64,000 nucleotides of DNA from Nitrospirota bacterium (GTDB lineage: Bacteria > Nitrospirota > UBA9217). The stretch is taken from the NCBI GenBank assembly GCA_963845065.1, contig CAWJQQ010000001.1, forward strand, positions 64,001 to 128,000. Direction: 5' to 3'. Below, piece by piece: positions 20,988-32,201 of this stretch. Position numbers and translations under genes: made by a program. Numbering within the stretch: the first letter of the stretch is position 1; each line of letters opens with the position of its first letter. The notes under the pieces were generated by a model. It saw only the letters and a list, made by a program, of their open reading frames with translations, made no database searches and had not been told where the DNA came from.

Positions 20988-22634
20988 TTATACGTTTACT
21001 GCGGAAACCCTGTTTCTTCCCGCCTCTTTTGATGTGTAAAGGGCGGCATCGGTGCGCGCCACAAGGGTGTCGCTATTTTTTGAAAGCGCGCAGCAGCTGG
21101 CCACGCCAATGCTTATCGAGAGCCTGATCCGCTTCTGATCGGGAAGCTCAAAATCGATGTTATTGACAGCAGATCGGATTTTTTCTGCAAGACTCTTTGC
21201 TCCTTTAAACGTTGTTTCAGGCAGGACGATCATGAATTCATCTCCACCATACCGCCCCAGAATATCTGCCTTTCGGAGCGACCTCTTGAGTGTTTCGGAA
21301 ACGGATTGGAGCGCCAGGTCTCCTGCTATATGACCATACGTATCGTTTATCTTCTTCAATCTGTCGACATCGCAGAGGATGAGCGACAGGTCGATATTAT
21401 AACGTGTCGCCCTGTCGATCTCGTGACCTAAGATATCGTTGAGTGCCCTTCTGTTATACACCCCGGTAAGACTGTCCGTAGTCGACAAATAGTCCAATTT
21501 TCTTATCAACTGCTTATTTTCTTCTTCTGTCTTCTTGCGGTCGGTAATGTCCCTCGTATATTCGATGACGTGCGAAACGTTCCGATTCTGGTCGAAGATG
21601 GGATAGGTACAGATTTCGTACCACGCCGTGGACCCGTCGGGATACCGTTTCAGCTTCTCCTTTGTGCAAGGGTCCATTGACAGAAAGGTCTTATCAACCA
21701 CACACTCTTCACAGATGCTGTTCCTGTTTTGCAACACCTCGTAACACTTATTTCCAAGAAGGTCTTTTGTCTGTTTGTTTCTCATGCGTGCATACGCATC
21801 ATTTAATTTAATTATCCTGTAATCCCGGTCCACAATACTGAAAGGATCGTGAATGCTGTCGAATATGGTGCCCAAAAAACTTTCTGACCGTCTCAGTTCT
21901 TCTTCTGTCCGCTTACGGTACAGGATTTCATCTTTAAGTTGATCATTTACGTATTTAAACTCCTTAGTTCGTTCCTCAACCCGATGGTCAAGCAACTCGC
22001 TGTGTGTTCGTAATTCCTCGTCGGACTTTTTGCGCTCGGTAATGTCGCTCAGTATTCCCAATGCATGCCATTTCCCCTGTAGCTGAAACGCCGAGAGAGA
22101 CATCTTAGCGGGAAACTCCATGCCGTCCTTTCTCATTGCCGTGAGCTCAAGCGTCATGCCGACCGCTGCTCCATCTGCTGTTTCCTTAAACCTGTTCAAG
22201 CACCGCTCAAACACTTGATGATGCCTTTGCGGAACCAGCAGTGTATGCAATTTTTCGCCGATGGTCTCGTGCGTAGTATAGCCAAATATCTTCTCCGCGG
22301 CAGGATTCCAGGACGATATTTTTCCTTGATTATCCATCATGACGATGGCGTTCTTTGCCGCGTTGGTAATAATGCGTAATGCTTCTTCGCTGTGCCTCAT
22401 AGCCTCAAGGGCGTGATTGCGTTTAAATACTATTTTAGAGATTATTATTCCGTAAATGACGAGGCCGGCGATAATCAGCGACCAGGAATAAAGCTCACGA
22501 ATCGAAACGCCAAAAAGGAACGGCTCTGAGAATGTATCTTGACGAAATAAGAGGGCATTGGCTGCCCTATCTACCGCCAGGAGGAAAAGTGCGGGAATGA
22601 CCGAAACAATTATGAGTTTAAGTTTATCTGACAT
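20988..22634 (-). CDS. membrane-anchored PAS/PAS diguanylate cyclase
   Basis: 2 TM segments, two PAS/PAC, TDSLTG..NRR, DVDRLKKINDTYGHIAGD, RYGGDEF. Confidence 0.93.
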   Translation of the reverse strand: MSDKLKLIIVSVIPALFLLAVDRAANALLFRQDTFSEPFLFGVSIRELYSWSLIIAGLVIYGIIISKIVFKRNHALEAMRHSEEALRIITNAAKNAIVMMDNQGKISSWNPAAEKIFGYTTHETIGEKLHTLLVPQRHHQVFERCLNRFKETADGAAVGMTLELTAMRKDGMEFPAKMSLSAFQLQGKWHALGILSDITERKKSDEELRTHSELLDHRVEERTKEFKYVNDQLKDEILYRKRTEEELRRSESFLGTIFDSIHDPFSIVDRDYRIIKLNDAYARMRNKQTKDLLGNKCYEVLQNRNSICEECVVDKTFLSMDPCTKEKLKRYPDGSTAWYEICTYPIFDQNRNVSHVIEYTRDITDRKKTEEENKQLIRKLDYLSTTDSLTGVYNRRALNDILGHEIDRATRYNIDLSLILCDVDRLKKINDTYGHIAGDLALQSVSETLKRSLRKADILGRYGGDEFMIVLPETTFKGAKSLAEKIRSAVNNIDFELPDQKRIRLSISIGVASCCALSKNSDTLVARTDAALYTSKEAGRNRVSAVNV

Positions 22635-23171
22635 ATTCAACAAAATCTTTTATGGATTACCATGATATTTTGTTGCAATTTAAATGCCAGTACCCTACAC
22701 TCTTAACTTTTTGTTTTTATTTAAAGTCCATGAACACGTTGCAGTAAAACGTGAAAATAACTTCTCATATAAGTAATTTAAGTCACAATGTGAATATTCA
22801 CAAATCATGGAATTAAAATTGACCACTAATGACCGCAAGTTAAGACGAACGAGAAACGCCTTTGTTGATCTGAACTATAAAGCAGTTGCGTAGCGACCAG
22901 AAATTGTTGGTTATCCTTGCCTACCACAATCTGGGGAAAATGGTTTTTATTGCGGCTTCAAGGCGCTCGTGAAAGGCGTTTCCAAATTGCTGAAGACAAA
23001 GAAGTCATCGCGCAGAATATTGGAAGCACGGGAAAGGAGCTTTTTGCTTCCCTTACTGCAGTTGCGAATGCTATTTCTCCTTTCATAGCAATGGGTTAGC
23101 GTATAAATTATTTATGTTTATGTCTTAATGAGTATTATTTGTTTACGGCATGCAGCAGACATGATAATATA

Positions 23172-23540
23172 ATGTCTGAAGAACTGCCCCTTCGGGCCGT
23201 CCATCAAGAACTATACAAAGGTCTTCGATTACCCGAGGGGTTCGCGGACTTTACCGCGGAGTTCAACAAGCCGAGCCACGTCACCGACCAGTATAAGGTT
23301 GGCGAAGGCGAGGGAGTGAGTCCGTTCTGCTCGGTGCACCAGCCGATGCGGAGCGCGTTCGCGGAAAAGATCAAGATCGGGGGTAAAAAGATCCGGGTCG
23401 TGCAGCTCGGGTGCAAGTCCGGTTCGGGCAAGAAAGGGTTTGCGGAGAAATGGCTTGCGGAAAGCGATGTGGCCAAAGATGTCGTGGACAAGATCCTCGA
23501 CAACCACATTTGCTGCTACGCCTTGAACATTCTCGCGTGA
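23172..23540 (+). CDS. hypothetical protein
   Basis: GC-rich coding-like ORF starting MSEELPL. Confidence 0.5.
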   Translation: MSEELPLRAVHQELYKGLRLPEGFADFTAEFNKPSHVTDQYKVGEGEGVSPFCSVHQPMRSAFAEKIKIGGKKIRVVQLGCKSGSGKKGFAEKWLAESDVAKDVVDKILDNHICCYALNILA

Positions 23541-24043
23541 AAGCGAAAGTGAACAGAAGCTGATTTTCTGCAGTGCCTTGCCTCTCTCAACATTTATTGC
23601 AGCAAATATGCACAACGGCGATTACAACAATAGCGCGTATCTTGTGACTTTTTTCGACCGCTATCAATTCACCTCGGTTATCAGGCCCCGTATAGTCAAA
23701 AAACTCTTGCAACCTCACGGTAATAATATTTAAGCAGTCCACCCAGACTCTCGTGAAAGTTGACGCCGATGTCAACGATTCCGATTGGGTATTTAAAATG
23801 TTAACGAATACAGGTTAACTTTAAGTGTTTCAGAAAATGAAAACTTCAACGGCTTCATGATGTACCTCGCGAGTTATTATGAATCAAAATAATTGTACAT
23901 TTCAATCTGAATATAGATCCAGAGGCAATGGTGCTGTTTGTAGTCCGCTATTATGCTTTCCCCTGTCGCAGCATGCTGAAGATCTCCGGTTGTGCTATCC
24001 ACGGCAACGTGGTCTACGTAAATCGGTACAGATCTTATGATGA

Positions 24044-24205
24044 CTCAAACTCCAAAGGTTAAAAGTTCCATCCGGTGCCATCCACCAATATCAGTCCTGT
24101 TTGTGTCCTGTAAAAGAAAAACGCATTTGTGTGTGCTCTAAGTCCTTGAATTGGTGGGACGGAGAAAGGGGACAATTTTACCTCTTGGGGTTACGGGCCC
24201 GAAGA
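24044..24205 (+). repeat. att-like unit A2
   Basis: degenerate tRNA 3' half ending CCACCA, GTCCTGTTTGTGTCCTG arms, TAAGTCCTTGAAT, core TCTTGGGG-TTACGGG-CCCGAAGA. Confidence 0.8.
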
Positions 24206-24326
24206 TGCATTGAGAATGAAGTCGAACTGGCCGAGATCAATCCTGCCGGATTCGATCTATGATTGCATATTGCCTTTGACAAGGTGTTTCATAAGTGTTA
24301 CACTATATCTTGTGGAGGTGATGACT

Positions 24327-24551
24327 ATGCCTGTAAAGAATCCAAGGATCAATGTCGTTTTCGAAAAGCCACTCTACAACACAATAGAGCGACTTGCAAC
24401 AAGGGAGGGCGTTTCATTGTCGCTCAAGGTGCGTGATCTCGTAAAGGAAGCGCTTGAGATTGAGGAAGATATAGCGCTTTCAGCGTTTGCCGAGAAAAGA
24501 GAGAAGTCGTTCACAAAGTCAAAAGCATTGAAACACCATGAGGTTTGGTGA
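24327..24551 (+). CDS. RHH/CopG-like antitoxin
   Basis: PRINVVF..IERLA..GVSLSLKVRDLV..; upstream TTGACA promoter; coupled to RelE. Confidence 0.8.
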   Translation: MPVKNPRINVVFEKPLYNTIERLATREGVSLSLKVRDLVKEALEIEEDIALSAFAEKREKSFTKSKALKHHEVW

Positions 24552-24553
24552 TC

Positions 24554-24829
24554 ATGCCGTTTGAACTGAAATACCATCCAGACGTCAAGGCTATTGACAT
24601 TCCACAGCTTGACGCAAAGTTGAAAACCCGCATCAAGAAGGCCATCGAGACGAGGCTTGCTACGGAGCCTCAGCAGTATGGAACACCCTTACGGAAAACA
24701 CTCCATGGATATTGGAAGCTGCGTGTTGGTGATTACCGGGTCGTTTTCAAAATCGTGGGACCAGAAATTTGGATACTTGGAATTATTCATAGAAAGAAAG
24801 TATATGAGGCCATAGAAAAGAGGCTTTAA
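24554..24829 (+). CDS. RelE/ParE-family toxin
   Basis: YGTPLRKTLHGYWKLRVGDYRVVF..IHRKKVY. Confidence 0.9.
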   Translation: MPFELKYHPDVKAIDIPQLDAKLKTRIKKAIETRLATEPQQYGTPLRKTLHGYWKLRVGDYRVVFKIVGPEIWILGIIHRKKVYEAIEKRL

Positions 24830-24984
24830 TCAGTGCCCAAAGATAAGCAATCAAAGGGAAGACAACGATCATCAACAACAAGACATCGATAAACAAATTA
24901 ATTTCCGATAAGGGGGATGTCTGCGTTGATCGGCTGGTCACCGTCCATAATGGCCTGCTGTCCAGCTCGCGTAGCGTCGTTCCT

Positions 24985-25143
24985 GCCGAACTCCAAAGCT
25001 CGTAATTCCATCCGATACTATTGCCCTATAACTGTGCTGATACTGTCCTGTTAAGCCAAACCGCGTTTCTCGAGTCTTAAGTCCTTGATTTGATGGTCTT
25101 GGAAATAGGCTATTTTCATCCCTTGAGGTGACAGGCCCCAAGA
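24985..25143 (+). repeat. att-like unit A3
   Basis: TGTGCTGATACTGTCCTGTTAA, IHF consensus TAAGTCCTTGATT, core CCTTGAGG-TGACAGG-CCCCAAGA. Confidence 0.85.
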
Positions 25144-25373
25144 CTAACGTCTAACTAGGGTTATGAAATTGAGGTTGAAAAAGTCAACAAAATTTGAGTT
25201 TGTGAAGGGCTATTATCGTGTCTCACAGGGGAATCTTAGAGAGACACTCTGAAAAATTTCATAGGCCCTGGGCGACGTTCTGATGAAATGCGCATAATCG
25301 TGAAGGCGTCACTGAACTTATGAACGGGACCACTTAGTATCACGAGTTATTCCGGACAGAGCCACTTCAGATA

Positions 25374-25853
25374 CTACTGGACGATGCAGACCGCTAGTTC
25401 GGCCGCGTTTTGGATAAGTTTGCTTGGGATGCTGCCCATGAGCAGATGCTTTCCTTCATGGATCCCGCAACGACCCAGAAGGATGATTTGGAAGCCGCCG
25501 TCTCTTGCCTCGTCCAAGAGGCTGTCCGCCACATCAACAGAATTAGCGATAAACTTGGTCTTCACCTGCTCGGCCCGAAGCCCGCTCTTGACAAGTTGCC
25601 TCACCATGGACTGCATGATGGGGTCGATCATATCCTGCTGCTTTGCGATCCAGGTGTCAACTACCTTCTGTCGATCCTTCTTCTCGGTCTCGGTTAGCAT
25701 GTGGCCCTCGTCCCAGAACATAGCCGGAACATTAGGAAGCACGTGCACAAGCTTAACCTCGATACTGTCATTAAGTGCAACTTGTTTTCCTATGAATTCC
25801 ACGGCGCGCATGGAGCAGTACTTGTCATGAACTCCGATCAATATCTTTCGCAT
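25374..25853 (-). CDS. universal stress protein
   Basis: KILIGV..S.RAVE, LVHV, IILLGRCG..LLMGSIPSKLI. Confidence 0.88.
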   Translation of the reverse strand: MRKILIGVHDKYCSMRAVEFIGKQVALNDSIEVKLVHVLPNVPAMFWDEGHMLTETEKKDRQKVVDTWIAKQQDMIDPIMQSMVRQLVKSGLRAEQVKTKFIANSVDVADSLLDEARDGGFQIILLGRCGIHEGKHLLMGSIPSKLIQNAAELAVCIVQ

Positions 25854-26382
25854 TGCCCTGTCCTCCTATCCCGGAATATTCCGGCCGTCTTGCTTCAATA
25901 GTATTACAAAAATACATAATCTTGACGAGTTCAAGGATTACTACAACAATCAGCGGACTAATCAGGGTCGATATTGCCCATTCCATTCAACATGCTGAGT
26001 TGAGTATAGATAGATAAATTATTAAAGCTGAAAACGATAACCCTCCATCGCGTCTACTCGTCACTATGGCCTAGTACAAGTCTTTGGTCGTCCTTGACTT
26101 ATATTTTAATCGTCTAGTTTGCATGCGTCCAATATATAATAAATATTGAATAATACGTATAAATAGAGCAATTAGCGCCAAACGATCAGAAACGAAGAAT
26201 ATATTATCAACAATCAACCAAGTATCCATCAAATAATCGCCTTGTGCTGTGTGCAGTGAATTGTGCAGCAGAGATTGGAATCGGGCGGAAATATATGGTA
26301 AGAGCCATTCTTGTGCGTCACAATAACCATACAAAAAAGCTAGAAAAAGGAAAGGACGGTATATTGTCCCTTCCTTTTTAAA

Positions 26383-26524
26383 CGCTTTCACACGGCAGTG
26401 GTCGCTGGTTCCAATTGTCCTGATACTGTCCTATTAGAAGAAGTGCTTTTTTGCATGCTTCAAGTCCTTGATTTGCCGGGTCAAAAAACTTGAAATATTA
26501 CACTTGGGGTGACAGCCCCGAAGG
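26383..26524 (+). repeat. att-like unit A4 starting with a tRNA-Val(CAC) fragment
   Basis: TTCACAC-GGCAGTGGTCGCTGGTTCCAA fused to TGTCCTGATACTGTCCTA; CAAGTCCTTGATT; core ACTTGGGG-TGACAGC-CCCGAAGG. Confidence 0.85.
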
Positions 26525-26801
26525 TAAAAAATATTTATCTCAAGACCACCTACAACTCTGCATAGTCAATTTTGTGACAAGGGTAAAGAATTCAGCTTGT
26601 GATATAATATGCACTTGAGCGAGCAGAGCTACATCGCGCAAACTGGTGCGCTCTACAACGATGCGAGTTGCAGTGTGTTTCTGGACGGGGCAGGTCCTTT
26701 TACCAAACGGAAGCATAGCAAAGAAGAATGCCATTAAAAATGGTCTACTCTTCTCCTTGTCCGCGTTTCAAGCCACCTTAAAAACCGGTCGTACCAATTC
26801 G

Positions 26802-27284
26802 TTACATGTTCATGTGGTGCTCATGGTCCCTGGGCATATCACTGGCTCCCTGGAGCGTCAGTGGTAGCTGTTTCTCTCCCGATTTTTGAAAGACCAGAGT
26901 CACGTTGAATTTCGATCCTGCCTGCATTGTCTTCGGCATATCCTCGATCATGATGTGGCTACTTCCCATCTTAAATTCCAGATTGCTTTTCTCGGAGATT
27001 TTTACCGCGTCCGCATTCACCATGCGCTGACCCTGCATAATATGGAACAAAACTTTCGCTCCCGGTATGTCAGTTTTTACTCCCGTGAGGACATCCGCCC
27101 CACCTTGGTTCCTAATATTCATGGTCACCATAGCTTCGCCCACGATACCGGAAGATAATTCAGCTTTGGCCCCATCAATACTGATTTGTGGCGGGCCGCT
27201 TTGGCACGCAGCAAGGATCATGGTGGGCATGAACAAGAATATTGCCAATAGCCTAAACTCCCTCGTTATTCCAAATGATTTCAT
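26802..27284 (-). CDS. copper chaperone PCu(A)C family lipoprotein
   Basis: lipobox LAAC, H.M...M...HIM motif, His/Met-rich tail. Confidence 0.85.
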   Translation of the reverse strand: MKSFGITREFRLLAIFLFMPTMILAACQSGPPQISIDGAKAELSSGIVGEAMVTMNIRNQGGADVLTGVKTDIPGAKVLFHIMQGQRMVNADAVKISEKSNLEFKMGSSHIMIEDMPKTMQAGSKFNVTLVFQKSGEKQLPLTLQGASDMPRDHEHHMNM

Positions 27285-27825
27285 GATTACCTCCTTCATA
27301 GTAATTGCGCATTGTCAAAATCCTACAATTTAATCTTCTGCTTTCTTTTCACGTGTTCTTAATAATTATTTTACCTCCACCTGAAAAGGACAAAGACTGA
27401 TCCCGCAGATGCGGGCGAGCTTAGTTAGAAGAGTGTGCACGCCATGAGTTTATGATACCAGAATCAGAAAAAATTGGGCAACACTTTTCGGTTGATACTG
27501 AAGGGGGGTGTCTTGGCTGCCTTAACATATACGGAATGAAGTAGTGATAATTGGGTAAGTGTGTAAATCACACTTTCAGGAAGTATAAAATGGGAAGGTC
27601 ACTGCACTATTCTACTTCAAAGTTACACATCTGGTTAAACGGTCTAGGTTGCAGACCCCAGATGTACTTTTGGCGGCATGGTCAATTTGAAGCATGCCGC
27701 CAGGATAAGGTGACTTCAATGAACTTTATTCCGATCTGCGAACTTTGAGATACGTCTTTAATCATCATGGCCAAACTCCACTCGCAAAGCCACGAGCCAA
27801 GCATAACACTTTTATTTAACAGAAA

Positions 27826-28266
27826 TTACCAATGATGTGCATGGCCTGAATATTTTTCCATTTCCGCTGCAAGTTTATTTCTTTGTTCCGGGGTGATCAT
27901 ATCATGGATCTCGGTAAATTTGGAGAAAACGAACCGGATCAGGTCGTTCGTTTGTGTCTGTATTTTCTCAATGTGTGCGTTTAAGGTTGTCTGATCGATC
28001 TGCGGGCTCATCATCATCTCCTTGGCCTCTTTTATGGATTCCTTCCGCATACTTCTCATGCCCGCTTGCTTGGCCAGAAATTCGTCTTTAATCTTTTCGA
28101 GCCTTTCCGTTTGAGCAGCATCCAGCTTCAGCGTTTTTACCATGTGCTTTACGACATGCTCTGCTCGTTGTTCCGGTGTCCTATAGCAACATCCAGTGAC
28201 CTGAGCCAGAAGAAGGGCGATGAGAGCTGTCACAACAACTATTGATGCCGTTTTGCCTCTTAACAT
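27826..28266 (-). CDS. Spy/CpxP-family periplasmic protein
   Basis: signal peptide, LKLDAAQ and ITPEQR (LTxxQ-like) motifs. Confidence 0.75.
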   Translation of the reverse strand: MLRGKTASIVVVTALIALLLAQVTGCCYRTPEQRAEHVVKHMVKTLKLDAAQTERLEKIKDEFLAKQAGMRSMRKESIKEAKEMMMSPQIDQTTLNAHIEKIQTQTNDLIRFVFSKFTEIHDMITPEQRNKLAAEMEKYSGHAHHW

Positions 28267-28360
28267 TATTACCTCCTTATTGATGAAGAACATTTGAATA
28301 TTATCTTGACGAAGTGTATGCAAAATATTTTCTCTCTATATAACATATCGCGTTGGAAGT

Positions 28361-28804
28361 TTAACCTTCCTTATGATGCTCACTTTCACTGCCCTGTCCA
28401 CGGCTGTCTATGTATTTCTTAAATACGTCCCGACCTTCCGCCTGCCACCACGCGTCATAGTATCGCCAGTCCTTGATCTCTCCGTTCGCCGCATCCTCAT
28501 GCGAACAGGAGCCCCATCCCCAACTACGATTTCCCCGCCACCGGCTCGAGAATTCCGGACGCATGCCATGCATGCCTCTGGCTCCAAAGAGCAGGCGAGC
28601 CAGAACGATCATTCCGACGGCCTGTCCAAAGCTGATTTCATGAAAACCGAACATCCCGGGCATTAACCAGTTCCACAGCAGTCGGACAAAAATCCCGAAC
28701 ATCAGCGCGAATACCAGGGTTATGATGATCCCCCGTACGATCCGGCCTACAATCCACCGTCCTCCCGGTCGGTTGCATCTATTCGAACTATGTTCTCTTA
28801 TCAT
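28361..28804 (-). CDS. hypothetical membrane protein
   Basis: LLWNWLMP.MFG..EISF.QA.G motif, 2 TM. Confidence 0.7.
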   Translation of the reverse strand: MIREHSSNRCNRPGGRWIVGRIVRGIIITLVFALMFGIFVRLLWNWLMPGMFGFHEISFGQAVGMIVLARLLFGARGMHGMRPEFSSRWRGNRSWGWGSCSHEDAANGEIKDWRYYDAWWQAEGRDVFKKYIDSRGQGSESEHHKEG

Positions 28805-28820
28805 TATTTTCCCCTCTCTT

Positions 28821-29369
28821 TCACCTATTTTTCAAGTCCTTCAGCTTTTTTTGAAGGGCGGCGTTTGCCCTGTGCTTTCGTGCCAGAAGCGTGCCGATAG
28901 GCGCTCCCCATGTTTCTGCCAGCTCACGAAATGAATAGTCATCGAGTTCCGTGGCGATCCAGACCGCGCGCTGGTCTGGCTCCAGCTGATCCAGCGCTTC
29001 GAAAAGCCGGCCCCGGATCTCCGATGCTTCGATCTCGTGTTCCATGTCGTAACGGGGTTCCGGTATGGTTTCCCTTTCGAGGCTATTTTCTTCATTGGAG
29101 GCTGTCTCATCGTAGGAAACTGTCTTTTTCCTTCGTCTTAGATAATCTTTCGCCTTATTTTGAATAGAGCGATAAATATAGGCGGAGATGTTTTCTACAT
29201 CTCGAGTGACATCTACCTTCTCGAACAAATCAGCCATCAGATCGCTGACAATGTCTTCAGCCTCCATGTCTGAAAGATCCGAATAATTCGCCTGAAAGTA
29301 ACTAACCAGTTTCCTATAGTTTTCGCTGAAAAACGATACTACTCCGGACTTTCCGGCTTTTTCACTCAT
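28821..29369 (-). CDS. ECF RNA polymerase sigma factor
   Basis: AEDIVSD, AYIYR..N.AKDYLRR, region 4 SFRELA..GAPIGTL. Confidence 0.9.
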   Translation of the reverse strand: MSEKAGKSGVVSFFSENYRKLVSYFQANYSDLSDMEAEDIVSDLMADLFEKVDVTRDVENISAYIYRSIQNKAKDYLRRRKKTVSYDETASNEENSLERETIPEPRYDMEHEIEASEIRGRLFEALDQLEPDQRAVWIATELDDYSFRELAETWGAPIGTLLARKHRANAALQKKLKDLKNR

Positions 29370-29776
29370 AATGCACCCATTCTGTGTCTCCTGTCTCTAT
29401 TGTTAAGACGAATAATGACATCCATTTATTGCATATGCTTAAAAAATATTCCGGTGATCTTAACTCTTCAAATGGAGGATGAAACGATGAGCACCGAGTG
29501 GTTTTTTTAGGAGTAAGCGTTAACGAATTCAGGTTAATACTTTATGCGTTGCAGAGAATGTCAACAGCAAGAACTTGAGGATGTTTCTATTGACGGAAAG
29601 CTATATCGCAGATGTTATGCTGCAAGCAATATGCTTTACCTCGATTAATATAATAATCTATGTAGGGTTCACCTACAATAGTAGAATAGACGTTCTGTCA
29701 ATGGATGTGCAGTACTCTGATTGATACTTTAACGCGAACACCTTGGCAAATCGACTCACCCATCCGAGTTGTAAGG

Positions 29777-30220
29777 TTAATCCTGATTACCTTGGACTCG
29801 AAGAAGTTCAAATGCGCTATAGACCAACTTCGGTGGCACTCCAAGCCAGGCGATTGCCTTGTCTACCTCACGGAACACAAGAACGTGACTCTCTTTTATG
29901 CTACCTACCTGTTGTGATAAATCCATGTATGCACTAAACATTCGAATTTGTCCAAAAACAACATTATCATTGGCGACAAGTGCACGATATGATGCAGGAC
30001 TGTAAATACTTTTCGATGCCAAATTTCGTATTTCTTCATGCGATAATTGAACTATTGCATCTCGAAAATCCATAACCACTTTGAATTCCGCATCAAAGTG
30101 TGTGTCCGCTTTTAATTTAGCGTGGTAAGCGATTAGTTCCTCATACGTCACCGTCCCACTTACATATGAAACAATCACTTGGTGCTCAACGTCGATAATG
30201 AACTTGATGGCCATTTCCAA
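29777..30220 (-). CDS. hypothetical protein (STAS/SpoIIAA-like), paralogue of 31353..31748
   Basis: G.VT.EE..DFR..ALVA....FG.IRMF..VFR..AIAWL pattern. Confidence 0.6.
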   Translation of the reverse strand: MEMAIKFIIDVEHQVIVSYVSGTVTYEELIAYHAKLKADTHFDAEFKVVMDFRDAIVQLSHEEIRNLASKSIYSPASYRALVANDNVVFGQIRMFSAYMDLSQQVGSIKESHVLVFREVDKAIAWLGVPPKLVYSAFELLRVQGNQD

Positions 30221-30408
30221 TTGTTCCTTATTTCAATGTGAAGTCCGTATTTTCCATGTAGTGAAACTATCGACAACTTCAGGAAGAAACGCACTATTAA
30301 TGTTGCCATCGAAAAAATAATATTTTCCAGCCCACGGATCCTTATCGACGACAAAGTTTGATTTCGACAAAGCGCAACAACTATGATTTTGGATTCAAAG
30401 TTGAGATG

Positions 30409-30708
30409 CTATGCTATCTTCAGCTCTTTCCGGATATTTTCGGCAACCCACTGCCGGACTAGTGTCTGATAGGGGATTCCCTTCTGCGTGGCCACCTTCT
30501 TGATCGAAAGAAGATACAAAGGATCGAGCTTAATCGTTATGTTCTGTAACTTTCTTCTTCTCTTTCCAGACAAAATATCCTGTCTTAGCGCATCATCAAG
30601 GCTCATGGCGACCTCTCCCTCCACAATATCGCCGAGTACTCCTCGACTGTCATAATATTCTTCATTAGTTTTTTTCTTTTTTGTGGTTTTAACACTCATT
30701 ACGATCAT
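30409..30708 (-). CDS. CopG/BrnA-like antitoxin
   Basis: ITIKLD..IKKVA..KGIPYQTLVRQWV. Confidence 0.85.
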   Translation of the reverse strand: MIVMSVKTTKKKKTNEEYYDSRGVLGDIVEGEVAMSLDDALRQDILSGKRRRKLQNITIKLDPLYLLSIKKVATQKGIPYQTLVRQWVAENIRKELKIA

Positions 30709-30721
30709 CTCCTTCCGGAAA

Positions 30722-30994
30722 TTAACCTCGATGTTTTTGCCAGTATCTGATTTCAGCTTTATCCATGTCCCACCCGGTTATAACTCTTGCCACACCGTTC
30801 TTTTTCAGGGCAAATACAATGGTGAGATACCGTCCTTCCTGTGTCGGCCCCATAGCAACGTAGTGGCCTTTCTTCGTCTTTCGATACAACGGTTTATTTG
30901 CAAAGATTTCTTCCGCCTCCTCAGGCTTCACACCTTGGCCAAGCTCAATGTGTACGACATTTCCATCGTCCCATTCAAAATCATTTATTTTCAA
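30722..30994 (-). CDS. BrnT-family toxin
   Basis: FEWDDGN..HI..GV..EEAEEIF..G.T..GRYL.IVF..RVIT; TTG start after AGGAGG; palindromic operator AAGTAATACA-T-TGTATTACTT at 31011-31031. Confidence 0.85.
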   Translation of the reverse strand: MKINDFEWDDGNVVHIELGQGVKPEEAEEIFANKPLYRKTKKGHYVAMGPTQEGRYLTIVFALKKNGVARVITGWDMDKAEIRYWQKHRG

Positions 30995-31352
30995 CCACGG
31001 CCTCCTAATTAAGTAATACATTGTATTACTTTCTTTTCAAAAAAGTCAAGAGGTCTTTCATATTGACATTTATCCGAAGGGAGTTTTTACTTTGTTGAGA
31101 GGTCCGCAGGCATAAAGCTGATCATTAATAACGGAATAAAACATACATCATTTTGTATCAGACAAAAATACTAACTTCAGGATGAAGCGATTAACAAAAT
31201 ATTGTATCACAACATGCAATGTTACAAAATGAATTATGTACCGTCGCTAATATTATAAGAATATTTGCTTCATCTACTATTCTGCACTGGCGACCGATAA
31301 ATAGGAATTCAGAATATCGGTAGAACCTTACACAAGAACGAAGCGGTGCGAT

Positions 31353-31748
31353 TCATCCCTCTTGTGTCGGCGGACGTGGCATAGGTATAGCATTGAGCCA
31401 TTCCTCCGCCTTGCCGCAGCTGCGGAACGACCGGACGTCGCAGACATCTGCTACCATTATTTCCAGCATCCGCATTATTCCGTAGGAAACATCATAACCG
31501 GTCGCAATAGCCGTCGGGCCGAGAGCATTTTTACGCCCGAGGTGGCGCAGTCGATAGACGATCCGTTGGACGTCCGCAGTATGGAAGTCCACGGTGGCCC
31601 ATGTAGCATCGATCAACTCCGCCATGGGTAAGCCATTGTCAACCCGCTCCTTCTCCAAATGAACCATGATATCGGAGTAGGTCACAGAGTCTTCGGCCAC
31701 CGTGAACAGCCGTCGGCGAGCACGATCGGTTGTGTAGGTTATTGGCAT
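31353..31748 (-). CDS. hypothetical protein (STAS/SpoIIAA-like)
   Basis: MPITY..VT..D..ELID..TAI....YG.MRM..FR..AEEWL. Confidence 0.6.
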   Translation of the reverse strand: MPITYTTDRARRRLFTVAEDSVTYSDIMVHLEKERVDNGLPMAELIDATWATVDFHTADVQRIVYRLRHLGRKNALGPTAIATGYDVSYGIMRMLEIMVADVCDVRSFRSCGKAEEWLNAIPMPRPPTQEG

Positions 31749-31959
31749 CCGATCCTCCTTCTCTAAACGAACCGATGACCGATCGTATCATAAATGCGGA
31801 AACTAGCGATGCAATTATTGCATCCACTGGGTAATTTATCACATCCTGAAAGTCTACTTGGTTCCCCATCTTTGCCTCGGTATAATTCCTCTTGTGCGCA
31901 AGCACGGCAAGCTCTATTAGCTCTTTCACAAAGTTGATATCACGCCACTCGGTATCCAC

Positions 31960-32201
31960 AATCCACGCCAAAATGGATGAAAGAATACTGCCTTCCAGGA
32001 ATGTTATGCATGTCGGCCTCTGGGACAAAACAGATTTCGGGGCTCAATACCTTCACTTGCGTTGAAGCCTGATACCTCCCGCCTCCCGGCTTCATACAGA
32101 TCGTTACCTCACTGCATGCGGGACTTGGTTCTGGGTTGGTGGCTAACCTTTGTCCAGGCCGGACTTACACCGGCTGGAATATATGAGCTTGCTTGGCGCA
32201 C
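31960..32201 (-). mobile_element. group II intron 5' remnant (domain I only, no RT ORF)
   Basis: minus strand begins GTGCGCCAAGC.., contains GAGGTAAC..GAAGCC, GTATTGAGCCCCGAAA, GAGGCCGAC..GGAAGGCA typical of bacterial group II domain I. Confidence 0.7.

Noticed and set aside
20988..22634. Hypr GGDEF (cGAMP synthase) partner for the riboswitch
   Set aside because: Has the canonical GHIAGD aspartate rather than the Ser of Hypr enzymes.
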